Of a stretch of DNA of 64,000 bases, positions 1 to 9,111 are shown piece after piece (positions within the stretch are counted from its first letter, which is position 1; each line of letters starts with the position of its first letter). A model generated the notes under the pieces. That model searched no databases, was not told the DNA's origin, and saw nothing but the letters and a program-made list of their open reading frames with translations. Source of the stretch: Candidatus Limnocylindrales bacterium. Its GTDB lineage: Bacteria > Chloroflexota > Limnocylindria > Limnocylindrales > CSP1-4. The stretch is from NCBI GenBank assembly GCA_035692005.1, contig DASSII010000136.1:3318-67317 (forward strand), read 5' to 3'. Position numbers and translations under genes: made by a program.

Positions 1-1
1 C

Positions 2-769
2 GAGAGAGTTCACGTGCTGCGCGTCGTCCGCGACGTCACCGACCTGCCGATCGTGGCCGGGCTGGCCGGACCGTCGACCGAGGCGGCCGTCCGCCAGGCG
101 AACGACTTCCGGGCGGCCGGCGCCGATGCCCTGCTCGTGTTCCCCATCCCGGCCTATCTGAGCCAGCCGCTCGATCCCCGGGTGCCGGTCGCCTACCACG
201 AAGCGATCGCGGATGCGGGCCTGCCACTCATCCTGTTCCAGCTGCAGCCGGCGTTGGCCGGGGTGAACTACGAGCGCGAAACGCTCGAGGCCATGGCGTC
301 GGTCGATGGCGTGGTCGCCATCAAGGAGGCCTCGTTCGACGCCCGACGGTTCGTCGACACGGCGCGTCTGATCGAGCAGCTGCCGCGACCGATCACCCTG
401 CTGACGGGCAACGACAACTTCATCCTGGAGTCGTTCCTGCTCGGGGCGACCGGCGCGCTCATCGGCTTCGGCGCGGTGATGACCCGAGAGCAGGTCGACA
501 TGATCGCCGCCTGGCAGTCCGGCGACACCGCCACGGCCATGGCGCTCGGCCGACGGGTCCAGCGACTTGCGGATGTCGTGTTCGCGGCGCCGGTGGGTGA
601 TTACCGGGTGCGGCTCAAGGAGTGCCTGCGGATCCTCGGCGTGCTGCCGTCAGCCCACGTGCGACGGCCCCTGCTGGGGCTCGACGACGCGGAGCGCTCC
701 CACCTGGCGGATGTCCTCCGGGAGGTCGGCCTGCTCGAGGACGCGCGGGCCGCCGCGGCTGCGCGATGA
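2..769 (+). CDS. DapA (dihydrodipicolinate synthase / N-acetylneuraminate lyase) family aldolase or dehydratase, 5' end outside window
   Basis: The frame of ORF 14..769 stays open back to base 2. The sequence begins in the central part of the family (PIVAGLAG...GADALLVFP) and has the Schiff-base lysine context VVAIKEAS. TGA 767-769 overlaps the next ATG. Confidence 0.8.
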   Translation, partial: ERVHVLRVVRDVTDLPIVAGLAGPSTEAAVRQANDFRAAGADALLVFPIPAYLSQPLDPRVPVAYHEAIADAGLPLILFQLQPALAGVNYERETLEAMASVDGVVAIKEASFDARRFVDTARLIEQLPRPITLLTGNDNFILESFLLGATGALIGFGAVMTREQVDMIAAWQSGDTATAMALGRRVQRLADVVFAAPVGDYRVRLKECLRILGVLPSAHVRRPLLGLDDAERSHLADVLREVGLLEDARAAAAAR

Positions 770-2379
770 GCGCCGAACCGGCCGACGTCCTGGTCATCGG
801 CGCGGGCCCATCCGGTGGCGTGGTCGCGCTTCGATTGGCCCAGGCCGGCTTCTCGGTCGTGTGCCTCGAGCAGGGCGACTGGGTCGACCGCGCCGACTAC
901 CCGGGCAACAAGCCGGACTGGGAGCTCCAGGCGCGCAAATCGTGGGCCACCAGCCCGAACATCCGTGGTCTCGCCCAGGACTACCCGATCGTCGAGGACG
1001 AGACGCCGGTCTCGCCGCTCATGTACAGCGCCGTCGGCGGGTCGACGATCCTGTACGCCGGCGCCTGGCCGCGGGCCCTGCCGTCGGACTTCCGGGTCCG
1101 CTCGCTCGATGGCATCGCCGACGACTGGCCGATCGACTACGCCGAGCTGCTGCCGTATTACTACCGAACGGATCGCCAGTTCGGTATCTCCGCGCTGCCC
1201 GGTAACCCGGCCTATCCGCCCGACACCGAAGACGCCCCGATGCCGCCGCTGCCGATCGGGGCCGCCGGGCTCAAGGTCGCCCGCGGGATGACCAAGCTCG
1301 GCTGGCACTGGTGGCCGGAGTTCAACGCGATCAACTCCGTCCCGTACGACGGACGGCGGCCGTGCGTCCAGCGCAGCACCTGCCAGTCGGGCTGCAACGA
1401 GGGAGCCAAGGCGTCCGCCGACCTGACCCACTGGCCCAAGGCCATCGCCCTTGGCGCAACGCTCGTCACCGGGGCCCGCGTGCGCCGCGTCGAGACCGAC
1501 GCGACGGGACGGGCCACCGGCGCGACGTGGATCGACCGCGAGGGTGTCGAGCATTTCCAGGCGGCACGGGTCGTCGTGATGGCCGCCAACGCGATCGGGA
1601 CCGCGCGGTTGCTGCTGCTGTCGAGCAGCCCGCAGCACCGTGACGGCCTGGCGAACTCGTCAGGTCTCGTCGGCAAGCGCCTGATGATGCACCCGTTCGC
1701 CAACGTCGCCGGGCTGTTCGAGGATCCGCTGAACAGCTGGGCCGGTCAGTTCGGCGACCTCATCGAGTCGCTCGAGTTCTACGAGACCGACGAGCGGCGC
1801 GGCTTCGTCCGCGGCGCTCGTTGGGGGCTGGCGCCGACGGGTGGACCGATCAACACGGCACTTCCGAGCCGGGCCGGCGAGCAGGTCTGGGGCCCCGACC
1901 ACCACGCCCACGTCCGGTCGCACCTGGGCCACGGTGCGAACTGGGGCCTGTTCGCCGAGGACCTGCCCGACGAGACCAACCACATCACCCTGTCAACCAC
2001 GGTGACCGACACGTCCGGCATCCCCGCGCCGGAGGTCCACTACAGGATGGCCGACAACGCGCGGCGGATGCTCGATTTCCACATCGAGCGGGCGAAGGAA
2101 TCGCTCGACGCGGCGGGCGCCTACAAGATCGAGGTCGATCGGCTGATGCGTTACTCCGGCTGGCACCTGCTCGGCACGGCGCGGATGGGCGACGATCCGG
2201 CGACCTCCGTCGTCGACCGCTGGAACCGCAGCCATGACGTCCCGAACCTGTACGTCGTCGACGGCTCGTGCTTCGTCACGTCATCCGGCGTCAATCCGAC
2301 CTCGACGATCGTGGCCATCGCCCTGCGCGCCGCGGACCACATGATCGAGACCCGCTTCGAGCAGCAGGTGCCGGCATGA
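766..2379 (+). CDS. GMC-family FAD-dependent oxidoreductase
   Basis: N-terminal dinucleotide fold VLVIGAGPSGGVVALRLAQAG. C-terminal GMC-type region HLLGTARMG...NLYVVDGSCFVTSSGVNPTSTI. ATG 766 chosen because of the ATGA overlap with the upstream stop; the 622-765 part of the ORF is Arg/Pro-rich read-through. Confidence 0.85.
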   Translation: MSAEPADVLVIGAGPSGGVVALRLAQAGFSVVCLEQGDWVDRADYPGNKPDWELQARKSWATSPNIRGLAQDYPIVEDETPVSPLMYSAVGGSTILYAGAWPRALPSDFRVRSLDGIADDWPIDYAELLPYYYRTDRQFGISALPGNPAYPPDTEDAPMPPLPIGAAGLKVARGMTKLGWHWWPEFNAINSVPYDGRRPCVQRSTCQSGCNEGAKASADLTHWPKAIALGATLVTGARVRRVETDATGRATGATWIDREGVEHFQAARVVVMAANAIGTARLLLLSSSPQHRDGLANSSGLVGKRLMMHPFANVAGLFEDPLNSWAGQFGDLIESLEFYETDERRGFVRGARWGLAPTGGPINTALPSRAGEQVWGPDHHAHVRSHLGHGANWGLFAEDLPDETNHITLSTTVTDTSGIPAPEVHYRMADNARRMLDFHIERAKESLDAAGAYKIEVDRLMRYSGWHLLGTARMGDDPATSVVDRWNRSHDVPNLYVVDGSCFVTSSGVNPTSTIVAIALRAADHMIETRFEQQVPA

Positions 2380-2951
2380 CCGACTCGACTGAGACCGGCG
2401 CCCCGACCGATCTCGTCGGCGGGATGCCGGCGACCGACGGTGACCTCGGCGATCCGACCCTGAGCCCCGCCGAGCGGGCGACCTTGGCGGCCATCGCCGA
2501 CCACCTCATCCCGGCCGCCCACGGCATGCCCTCCGCGGGCGAGGTCGTGACCGGCGGCCGGGTCTCGTTCGTGCTGCGCAGCCGGCCGGACCTGGCCGAG
2601 CCATTGCACGCCGCGCTGCGCGCGGACCTCGGCGATGACGTCCCGTCGCGGCTGGCGGCCCTCGCCGACGAGCCGACGATCCTGTCGGCGCTGCAGCTCG
2701 TGATCGTCGGGGGCTACTACACCGACACGGACGTCCGGGAGCGCATCGGCTACCCCGGTCAGATCGCGCTGGAGCTTCGCTCGTGGGAGGTCCCGGCCTA
2801 TCTCGACGAGGGCCTGGTCGACGCGGTCGTGGCCCGTGGACCAGTCTGGCGCGATCCGTCGACCGGGCAGCGCGTCGCCGCCGGCGAGGCCCCCCAGACG
2901 TACGCGGAACGCTGGTCGGCCGAGCCCGGCGCGACCGAAGGAGGCACCTGA
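2376..2951 (+). CDS. Gluconate 2-dehydrogenase subunit 3-like small subunit (no obvious Tat signal)
   Basis: ATG 2376 overlaps the GMC stop (ATGA). The motif LSPAERATLAAIADHLIPAAHGMPSAGEV is typical of this family, which pairs with GMC dehydrogenases. Family assignment is from memory of the motif. Confidence 0.6.
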   Translation: MTDSTETGAPTDLVGGMPATDGDLGDPTLSPAERATLAAIADHLIPAAHGMPSAGEVVTGGRVSFVLRSRPDLAEPLHAALRADLGDDVPSRLAALADEPTILSALQLVIVGGYYTDTDVRERIGYPGQIALELRSWEVPAYLDEGLVDAVVARGPVWRDPSTGQRVAAGEAPQTYAERWSAEPGATEGGT

Positions 2952-4423
2952 TGGCGACGACCCTGGACCCGACCGAATCGCTGACCGGCTGGCTCGGCGC
3001 GTTCGTCGCCGGCTGGCGACCGGGCAGCGGTGCCCCGATCGAGGATCGCGAGCCGGCCACCAACCGACTCATCACGACGGTTCCTGGCTCGACCCCGGAC
3101 GATGTCGCGGCGGCCGCCGCGCGGGCCAGGGCGGCCCAGCCGGCGTGGGCGGCGATGAACTACCAGGATCGCGCCCGGGTGTTGCGGCGCGCGGCCGAGG
3201 TCTACGAGACCAACCGCGACGAGTTCGGCATCTGGACCCAGCGCGAGACCGGTGCCTCGCGCAGCAAGATGTTCCACGAGTCCAACTTCGCCTACCACGA
3301 GATCCTCACCGCGGCGGGCTTGCCCGGGCAGGCCTATGGCTCGCTCGTGCCGTCGGCCGCCAAGGGTCGCCTGTCGATGGTCCGGCGCGTCCCGGCCGGG
3401 GTCATCGGCGCGATCACCCCGTGGAACTCGCCAAGCGTGCTGGGCATGCGCGTCGTCGCGCCGGCCCTCGCCCTGGGCAACGCGGTCGTGCTCAAGCCCG
3501 ATCCGCAGACACCGGTCGTGGGCGGGGCCATGTTCGAGGCGGTCTTCCGCGAGGCTGGCCTGCCTGACGGCCTCCTGCAGGTCGTCGTCGGCGGCGCGGA
3601 TGTCGGCGAGGCGCTCGTCACCGACCCGAACATCGATGTCGTGTCGTTCACCGGCTCGACCGCGGTCGGTCGACGGGTCGGCGAGCTCGGGGGCCGGCTG
3701 CTCAAGAAGGTCTCGTTGGAGCTCGGGGGCAACAACGCGTTCATCGTCCTCGACGACGCCGACCTGGATGCGGCGGCTGCCGCCGGCGCGTTCTCGTCGT
3801 TCCAGTTCCAGGGCCAGGTCTGCTTCGCGGCCGGCCGCCACCTTGTCGCCAGCGAGCTGGTTGATGCGTACACCGAGGCGCTGACCGAGAAGGCCCGCAA
3901 GCTCAAGCTCGGCGACCCGTACCGCGAGGATGTCCAGCTCGGGCCGATCGTCAACGACAAGCAGCTCGCGCGGGTGGCCGGCATCGTCGAGCGCTCGATC
4001 GAGGGCGGGGCGAAGGCGACCGTCGGGGCCAGCCACGAGGGCCTGTTCTACCGGCCGACGGTGCTCACCGGGGTCACCACCGACCTGCCGGCCTGGACCG
4101 ACGAGATCTTCGGCCCGGTCGCGCCGATCGTCAGCTTCGACAGCGACGAGGAGGCGATCGCCCTCGCCAACCAGAGCAACTACGGCCTCGTCGCCTCGAT
4201 CTACACCCGCTCGCTCGGGCGCGGCCTGGCGATGGCCGACCGGATGAAGACCGGCATGGTCCACATCAACGACGGGACGCAGAACGACGAGGCGAACATC
4301 CCGTTCGGCGGGATGGGCGAATCCGGCAACGGCGGCCGCTACGGCGGCGAGGCCAGCCTGGATACGTTCACCGAGTGGCAGTGGGTGACCATCCGCGACG
4401 AGCCGCCGAACTTCCCGTTCTGA
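2951..4423 (+). CDS. NAD(P)-dependent aldehyde dehydrogenase
   Basis: 490 aa with ALDH hallmarks (ITPWNSP, FTGSTAVGRRV, ELGGNNAFIVLDDADLD, catalytic Cys context QGQVCFAAGR). ATG 2951 shares a base with the upstream TGA. Confidence 0.9.
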   Translation: MATTLDPTESLTGWLGAFVAGWRPGSGAPIEDREPATNRLITTVPGSTPDDVAAAAARARAAQPAWAAMNYQDRARVLRRAAEVYETNRDEFGIWTQRETGASRSKMFHESNFAYHEILTAAGLPGQAYGSLVPSAAKGRLSMVRRVPAGVIGAITPWNSPSVLGMRVVAPALALGNAVVLKPDPQTPVVGGAMFEAVFREAGLPDGLLQVVVGGADVGEALVTDPNIDVVSFTGSTAVGRRVGELGGRLLKKVSLELGGNNAFIVLDDADLDAAAAAGAFSSFQFQGQVCFAAGRHLVASELVDAYTEALTEKARKLKLGDPYREDVQLGPIVNDKQLARVAGIVERSIEGGAKATVGASHEGLFYRPTVLTGVTTDLPAWTDEIFGPVAPIVSFDSDEEAIALANQSNYGLVASIYTRSLGRGLAMADRMKTGMVHINDGTQNDEANIPFGGMGESGNGGRYGGEASLDTFTEWQWVTIRDEPPNFPF

Positions 4424-5454
4424 TGGCCTCCATCTCGGACGTGGCCAAGCTCGCCGGGGTGTCCACGGCGACCGTGTCGCGGGTCGTGTCGGCGGCTCCG
4501 TACGCGGTCAGCCCGGCCACCCGGGAGCGGGTCCTCGATGCGGCGCGCACGCTCGACTACGTGCCCAACGCGCTGGCGCGCGGCCTGCACAAGAGCCACA
4601 TCCCGGTCGTCGGGGTGATCGTCCATGACATCACCGACCCGTACTTCTCGGAGCTCGTGCGCGGGGTGGAGGACGCCGCGACGCCGGCCGGGTCGCTGGT
4701 CATCACGTGCAGCTCCGACCGGGTCGCCGAACGCGAGGAGTCGTACGTCCGGCTGCTTCGCTCGATGCGAGCCTCGACCCTCATCTTCGCCAGCAGCGGT
4801 CTCGACGAGCCGATCGTGAACGCGGCGATCCGGCGCCACGTCACGGCCATGCGCGAGTACGGTGCCGCAGTCGTCCACCTGTCGCCGCATGCCGACGGCC
4901 ATGCCGATGTCGGGGTCGACAACGAGGCCGGCGTCGCCTCGATGGTCGTGGCGCTGGCGGAGCTCGGCCATCGGCACATCGCGTTCCTGGCCGGGCCGAC
5001 GTCGTTGTTCGTGGCCCGGCAGCGGTTGGCCGGCTACCGACGCGGCCTGGTCGAGGCCGGCCTCGCCTACGACGACCGGCTGGTCGTGAGCACCCCCTTC
5101 GACCAGGAGGGCGGGGCGCTCGCCATCGACACGCTGCTCGGTGGGGCGGCGCCGTTCACGGCGGTCGGAGCGGCCAACGACCTGCTCGCGCTCGGGGCAC
5201 TGGAGCGGCTGGCCATCCGGGGGCGGCGCGTGCCGGACGACGTGTCGGTCGCGGGCTTCGACGACATCCAGACCGCCCGGATGGCCACGCCCCCGTTGTC
5301 GACCGTGCGTCTGCCGCTCTACGACATCGGGCGCCGTGCGTTCGCCGCGGCCGAGCGCCAGCGCAGCGGCGAGACGCTGGAGCCGGAGGTCCTGCCGACC
5401 GCGGTCGTCCTGCGCGCCTCGACGGCTCCGCCCGCGGACGGCCTGGCCGGATGA
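4423..5454 (+). CDS. LacI-family transcriptional regulator
   Basis: N-terminal HTH MASISDVAKLAGVSTATVSRVV followed by a periplasmic-binding-protein-like sugar-binding fold. ATG 4423 overlaps the ALDH stop. Confidence 0.9.
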   Translation: MASISDVAKLAGVSTATVSRVVSAAPYAVSPATRERVLDAARTLDYVPNALARGLHKSHIPVVGVIVHDITDPYFSELVRGVEDAATPAGSLVITCSSDRVAEREESYVRLLRSMRASTLIFASSGLDEPIVNAAIRRHVTAMREYGAAVVHLSPHADGHADVGVDNEAGVASMVVALAELGHRHIAFLAGPTSLFVARQRLAGYRRGLVEAGLAYDDRLVVSTPFDQEGGALAIDTLLGGAAPFTAVGAANDLLALGALERLAIRGRRVPDDVSVAGFDDIQTARMATPPLSTVRLPLYDIGRRAFAAAERQRSGETLEPEVLPTAVVLRASTAPPADGLAG

Positions 5455-6287
5455 CCGACGGCGCCCTCGTCGACCCGGCGACCGGAGCTTCCGGCCCGGT
5501 GCTGCCCTCGCCCGGCCCGAGCCAGATCGTCCTGCGCGGCGTGACCAAGCGCTACCGCACGAGCGGTGGCTCGCAGGAGGCGCTCGCGCCGGTCGACCTC
5601 GAGATCCCGCGCGGGCAGTTCATCTCGCTGCTCGGCCCGTCCGGGTGCGGCAAGACCACACTGCTCAAGATGGTCGGCGGGCTCATCGAGACGTCGTCGG
5701 GTGAGCTGCGCATCGATGGCGGATCGGTCACCGACGCGCTGCGTCGACGGGCCTTCGGATTCGTCTTCCAGGACGCCACCCTGCTGCCCTGGAAGAACGT
5801 CATCGACAACGCCAGCCTGCTGACCGACGTCGCCAGGGTGCCCGGCGCGCGCGAGCGAATCCCCGGGTTGTTGCGGATGGTCGGCCTGGAGGGGTTCGCC
5901 GACTTCTATCCGTGGCAGCTATCGGGCGGCATGCGCCAACGCGTGTCGCTGGCCCGGGCGCTCGCCCTGGAGCCGGCGATCCTGCTCATGGACGAGCCGT
6001 TCGCGGCGCTCGACGCCCTCACCCGCGACCGGATGGGTGAGGAGCTGCTGAAGATCCTCGACGGCACGCGGACCGTCGTGTTCGTCACCCACTCCGTGCC
6101 GGAAGCCGTCCTGCTGTCCGACCGGGTGGTCGTCATGTCCCCCGGCCCGGGGCGCGTCGTCGCCGATGTCCGCATCGATCTGCCCCGGCCCCGCCGGGAG
6201 GACGTCCGGCGCACCCCCGCGTTCAGCGAGTACGAGTACCAGCTCCGCAGCCTCATCCAGGCTCCGCCGGGGGTCGGCGATGGCTGA
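5451..6287 (+). CDS. ABC transporter ATP-binding protein (NitT/TauT type)
   Basis: Walker A GPSGCGKTT, ABC signature LSGGMRQR, Walker B ILLMDEPF. ATG 5451 forms an ATGA overlap with the LacI stop. Confidence 0.9.
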   Translation: MTDGALVDPATGASGPVLPSPGPSQIVLRGVTKRYRTSGGSQEALAPVDLEIPRGQFISLLGPSGCGKTTLLKMVGGLIETSSGELRIDGGSVTDALRRRAFGFVFQDATLLPWKNVIDNASLLTDVARVPGARERIPGLLRMVGLEGFADFYPWQLSGGMRQRVSLARALALEPAILLMDEPFAALDALTRDRMGEELLKILDGTRTVVFVTHSVPEAVLLSDRVVVMSPGPGRVVADVRIDLPRPRREDVRRTPAFSEYEYQLRSLIQAPPGVGDG

Positions 6288-7125
6288 GCGTCGGGCCTCG
6301 GTCGCCCGGCGCCCGACCGCCGATGCGGTCGGTGGCATCGTCGTGCCCAGGAGTCGGGCCGCTCCCAAGCGCGCGGCCCAGCGCCTGCTGCCGCTGGCGT
6401 TCATCGCCGTGCTGCTCGTCATCTGGGAGCTCGTCGCGCGCTTCGGTGACGTCCCCCAATACATCCTGCCCGCGCCGTCGGCCATCGCGGGCCGGCTCGT
6501 CAGCTCGTGGGAGATCCTGTGGGACGCCCTCCTGGTCACGACCAGCGAGGTGCTCATCGGCTTCGTGATCGGCGTCGTGCTGGGCATCGGCCTGGCCATC
6601 CCGATCGCCTACTCGGCGACCGTCCGCAACACCCTGTACCCGATCATCGTCGCGTCGCAGGCGGTCCCCAAGATCGCCATCGCGCCGCTCCTCGTGCTGT
6701 GGCTCGGCTTCGACATCTGGCCGAAGATCGCGGTCACCGCGCTGATGGTGTTCTTCCCGGTGACGGTGACCGCCGCCGAGGGCTTCACATCGGTCGACCG
6801 GAACCTCATCGACCTGCTGCGCTCGGTGCACGCGTCCCAGCGCGAGATCTTCTTCCGCGTTCGCTTCCCGCACGCCCTGCCGCAGATCTTCAGCGGTCTC
6901 AAGGTGGGCATCACCCTGGCTGTCGTCGGCGCTGTCGTCGGCGAGTGGGTCGGCGCGGATAGCGGGCTCGGCTACCTGCTCGTCTACGCCAATACCCTGC
7001 TCGATTCCACGCTGCTGTTCGCGGCGCTGTTCCTGTTGATCGTCCTTGGTGTCGTGCTGTTCATCCTCGTCGGGGTGGCCGAACGGCTGCTCCTGCCGTG
7101 GAACCGCGAGGCCGAGGACGGTTGA
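6280..7125 (+). CDS. ABC transporter permease (NitT/TauT type)
   Basis: Multi-TM protein with a binding-protein-dependent transport signature region. ATG 6280 overlaps the ATPase stop by 8 nt. Confidence 0.85.
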   Translation: MAERRASVARRPTADAVGGIVVPRSRAAPKRAAQRLLPLAFIAVLLVIWELVARFGDVPQYILPAPSAIAGRLVSSWEILWDALLVTTSEVLIGFVIGVVLGIGLAIPIAYSATVRNTLYPIIVASQAVPKIAIAPLLVLWLGFDIWPKIAVTALMVFFPVTVTAAEGFTSVDRNLIDLLRSVHASQREIFFRVRFPHALPQIFSGLKVGITLAVVGAVVGEWVGADSGLGYLLVYANTLLDSTLLFAALFLLIVLGVVLFILVGVAERLLLPWNREAEDG

Positions 7126-7182
7126 TGGGATCGCACCGCCCCCAGCGGCGAGATCACCCACGTGGCTACAGGAGGTCCTGAC

Positions 7183-8238
7183 ATGATCGAGTCTCGGAGA
7201 CTACGGCTGACCCTCGCTCTGGCGGCGGGTCTGGCCGTGGCAGCCTGTAGCAGCGGGACCGGCGGCACGCCGAGCGCTGCTCCGTCCGAAGCCCCGACCA
7301 CGAGCGCCGAGGCGAGCACACCGGCGGAAGCCTCGCCGTCCGCGCCCGTCGAGGTCGTCAAGGTCGACTTCCGGCTCAACTGGGTCATCGCCGGCAACCA
7401 CGCCCCGTTCTACCTGGCCCAGCAGAAGGGCTTCTGGACCGAGTGCGGCCTGGACGTCTCGATGGCCGCCGGGAAGGGCTCGGGCGACACCGCCCAGCTC
7501 GTCGCCAATGGCTCCCAGCCGTTCGGCCTGACCGATGCGGTCTCGATCGCGGCCGGCCGTGGCAAGGGCCTCCCGGTCAAGTCGCTGGGTGTCCTGTACC
7601 AGACCAATCCCGCCTCGATCGTGTCGTACAAGGCGACCGGCATCACCACCCTCGACGACGTCAAGGGCAAGACCTGGGGTGCCGTCCCCGGCGGCTCGCC
7701 ATTCCTGCTGCTCAAGGGCCTGTTCAAGGCGCAGGGCATCGGCGACGACGACTACCGCGAGGTGAGCGTCCCCGCCCCGGGCATCGCCCAGCTCAAGGCG
7801 AAGCAGGTCGACTTCATCACGTTCTTCGGCAACGAGGCCGCCAACATCGACCCGGATCCGGCGGCCAACCTCAACGTGCTCCCGTTCAAGGACTTCGGTC
7901 AGGACATCTACGGCCTGGCCATCGCGTCCTCGGACGACTACATCGCCGCGCATCCCGATCAGGCCGCCTGCTTCGTCGATGGCGTGCGCAAGGGATTGGA
8001 AGCGGCCAAGGCCGACCCCGATGCGGCCCTCGCGGCGCTGTACGCGGCGGCACCCGAGACCAAGGACCGACCGGACGTCATGCGCACGCTGCTCGATGGC
8101 GTGTACGAGTACGCCGGGGCCACCTACCTCGAGCAGACCGCGGAGAAGTGGGACGCGACCCAGACGGTCCTCGTCGACTCCGGGATCATCGACGCGGCGG
8201 TGCCGACCGCCGACCTGTTCACCAACGACTACCAGTGA
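7183..8238 (+). CDS. ABC substrate-binding lipoprotein, NMT1/THI5-like (NitT/TauT family)
   Basis: GGAGG at 7171-7175 lies 7 nt before ATG 7183. Lipobox LAVAACSSG. NMT1-like core (VDFRLNWVIAGNHAPFYLAQQKGFW). Confidence 0.8.
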   Translation: MIESRRLRLTLALAAGLAVAACSSGTGGTPSAAPSEAPTTSAEASTPAEASPSAPVEVVKVDFRLNWVIAGNHAPFYLAQQKGFWTECGLDVSMAAGKGSGDTAQLVANGSQPFGLTDAVSIAAGRGKGLPVKSLGVLYQTNPASIVSYKATGITTLDDVKGKTWGAVPGGSPFLLLKGLFKAQGIGDDDYREVSVPAPGIAQLKAKQVDFITFFGNEAANIDPDPAANLNVLPFKDFGQDIYGLAIASSDDYIAAHPDQAACFVDGVRKGLEAAKADPDAALAALYAAAPETKDRPDVMRTLLDGVYEYAGATYLEQTAEKWDATQTVLVDSGIIDAAVPTADLFTNDYQ

Positions 8239-8296
8239 CCGCCCACCCGTAGCGAGGGACCCACAGTCCATGGAGATCGATCCCGAGTGGATCGAC

Positions 8297-8321
8297 GGCG
8301 GCCGCCCACCGGGCGGCCGCC
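8297..8321. terminator. Perfect 10-bp GC stem (GGCGGCCGCC, loop caccg, GGCGGCCGCC) after the transporter genes
   Basis: Read directly in the 117-nt gap between the SBP stop and the SDR start. No U-tract follows, so the function (terminator or processing/stability element) is uncertain. Confidence 0.35.
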
Positions 8322-8355
8322 GTCCGACACCGACACCGATGCGGGGGACCGCCTG

Positions 8356-9111
8356 ATGGCCGACGTGCTGGCCGGGCGGGTCGTCCTCGTCACCGGCAGC
8401 AGCCGGGGCATCGGCGCCGAGATCGCGGTCAAGGCCGCGGCCGAGGGCGCGCTGGTCGCCGTCCACTTCCACACCTCGGCGGACGGCGCGGCGCGGACCG
8501 TCGAGCGTGCCCGGGAGCATGGGGCGGAGGCCCGCGCGTTCCAGGCCGACGTCGGCGACGGTGCCCAGGCCGAGCGGCTCGTGGCCGAGGTCACCGACGC
8601 ATTCGGACGGGTCGATGCGCTCGTCAACAACGCCGGCCGGACCCAGGTCGGGCCATTCCTCGAGATCAGCCCGGAGATCTGGGACGCGATCCTGCGCACC
8701 GACTTGACCGCGTCGTTCCATACCTGCCGGGCCGTCCTGCCCGGGATGGTCCAGCGCGGCAGCGGGGCGATCGTCAACATCGCCTCCCGGCTCGGCCAGA
8801 TGGGCGTGACCCAGACCGCCGCCTACAGCGCGGCCAAGGCTGGGCTCATCGGGCTCACGCGCTCACTGGCCCGCGAGTTCGGCGGGAGTGGCGTCCGGAT
8901 CAACGCCGTCGCGCCGGGCGTGACCATCACCGAGATGACGACCGACCTCGTCGACTCGGAGGCCGGCAAGGCCCGCCTGCGCGATCACGCGCTGGGCCGC
9001 TTCGGTGCGGCCGACGAGGTCGCCGACGCGGTCATCTTCCTGCTGTCCGATGCGGCCGGGCTGTTCACCGGCCAGACCCTCAATCCGAATGCCGGGAGCT
9101 ATATGCCGTGA
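8356..9111 (+). CDS. SDR-family oxidoreductase (FabG-like)
   Basis: VLVTGSSRGIGAEIA cofactor motif, NNAG, and YSAAK catalytic motif. ATG 8356 chosen over the longer ORF 8287. Confidence 0.9.
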   Translation: MADVLAGRVVLVTGSSRGIGAEIAVKAAAEGALVAVHFHTSADGAARTVERAREHGAEARAFQADVGDGAQAERLVAEVTDAFGRVDALVNNAGRTQVGPFLEISPEIWDAILRTDLTASFHTCRAVLPGMVQRGSGAIVNIASRLGQMGVTQTAAYSAAKAGLIGLTRSLAREFGGSGVRINAVAPGVTITEMTTDLVDSEAGKARLRDHALGRFGAADEVADAVIFLLSDAAGLFTGQTLNPNAGSYMP

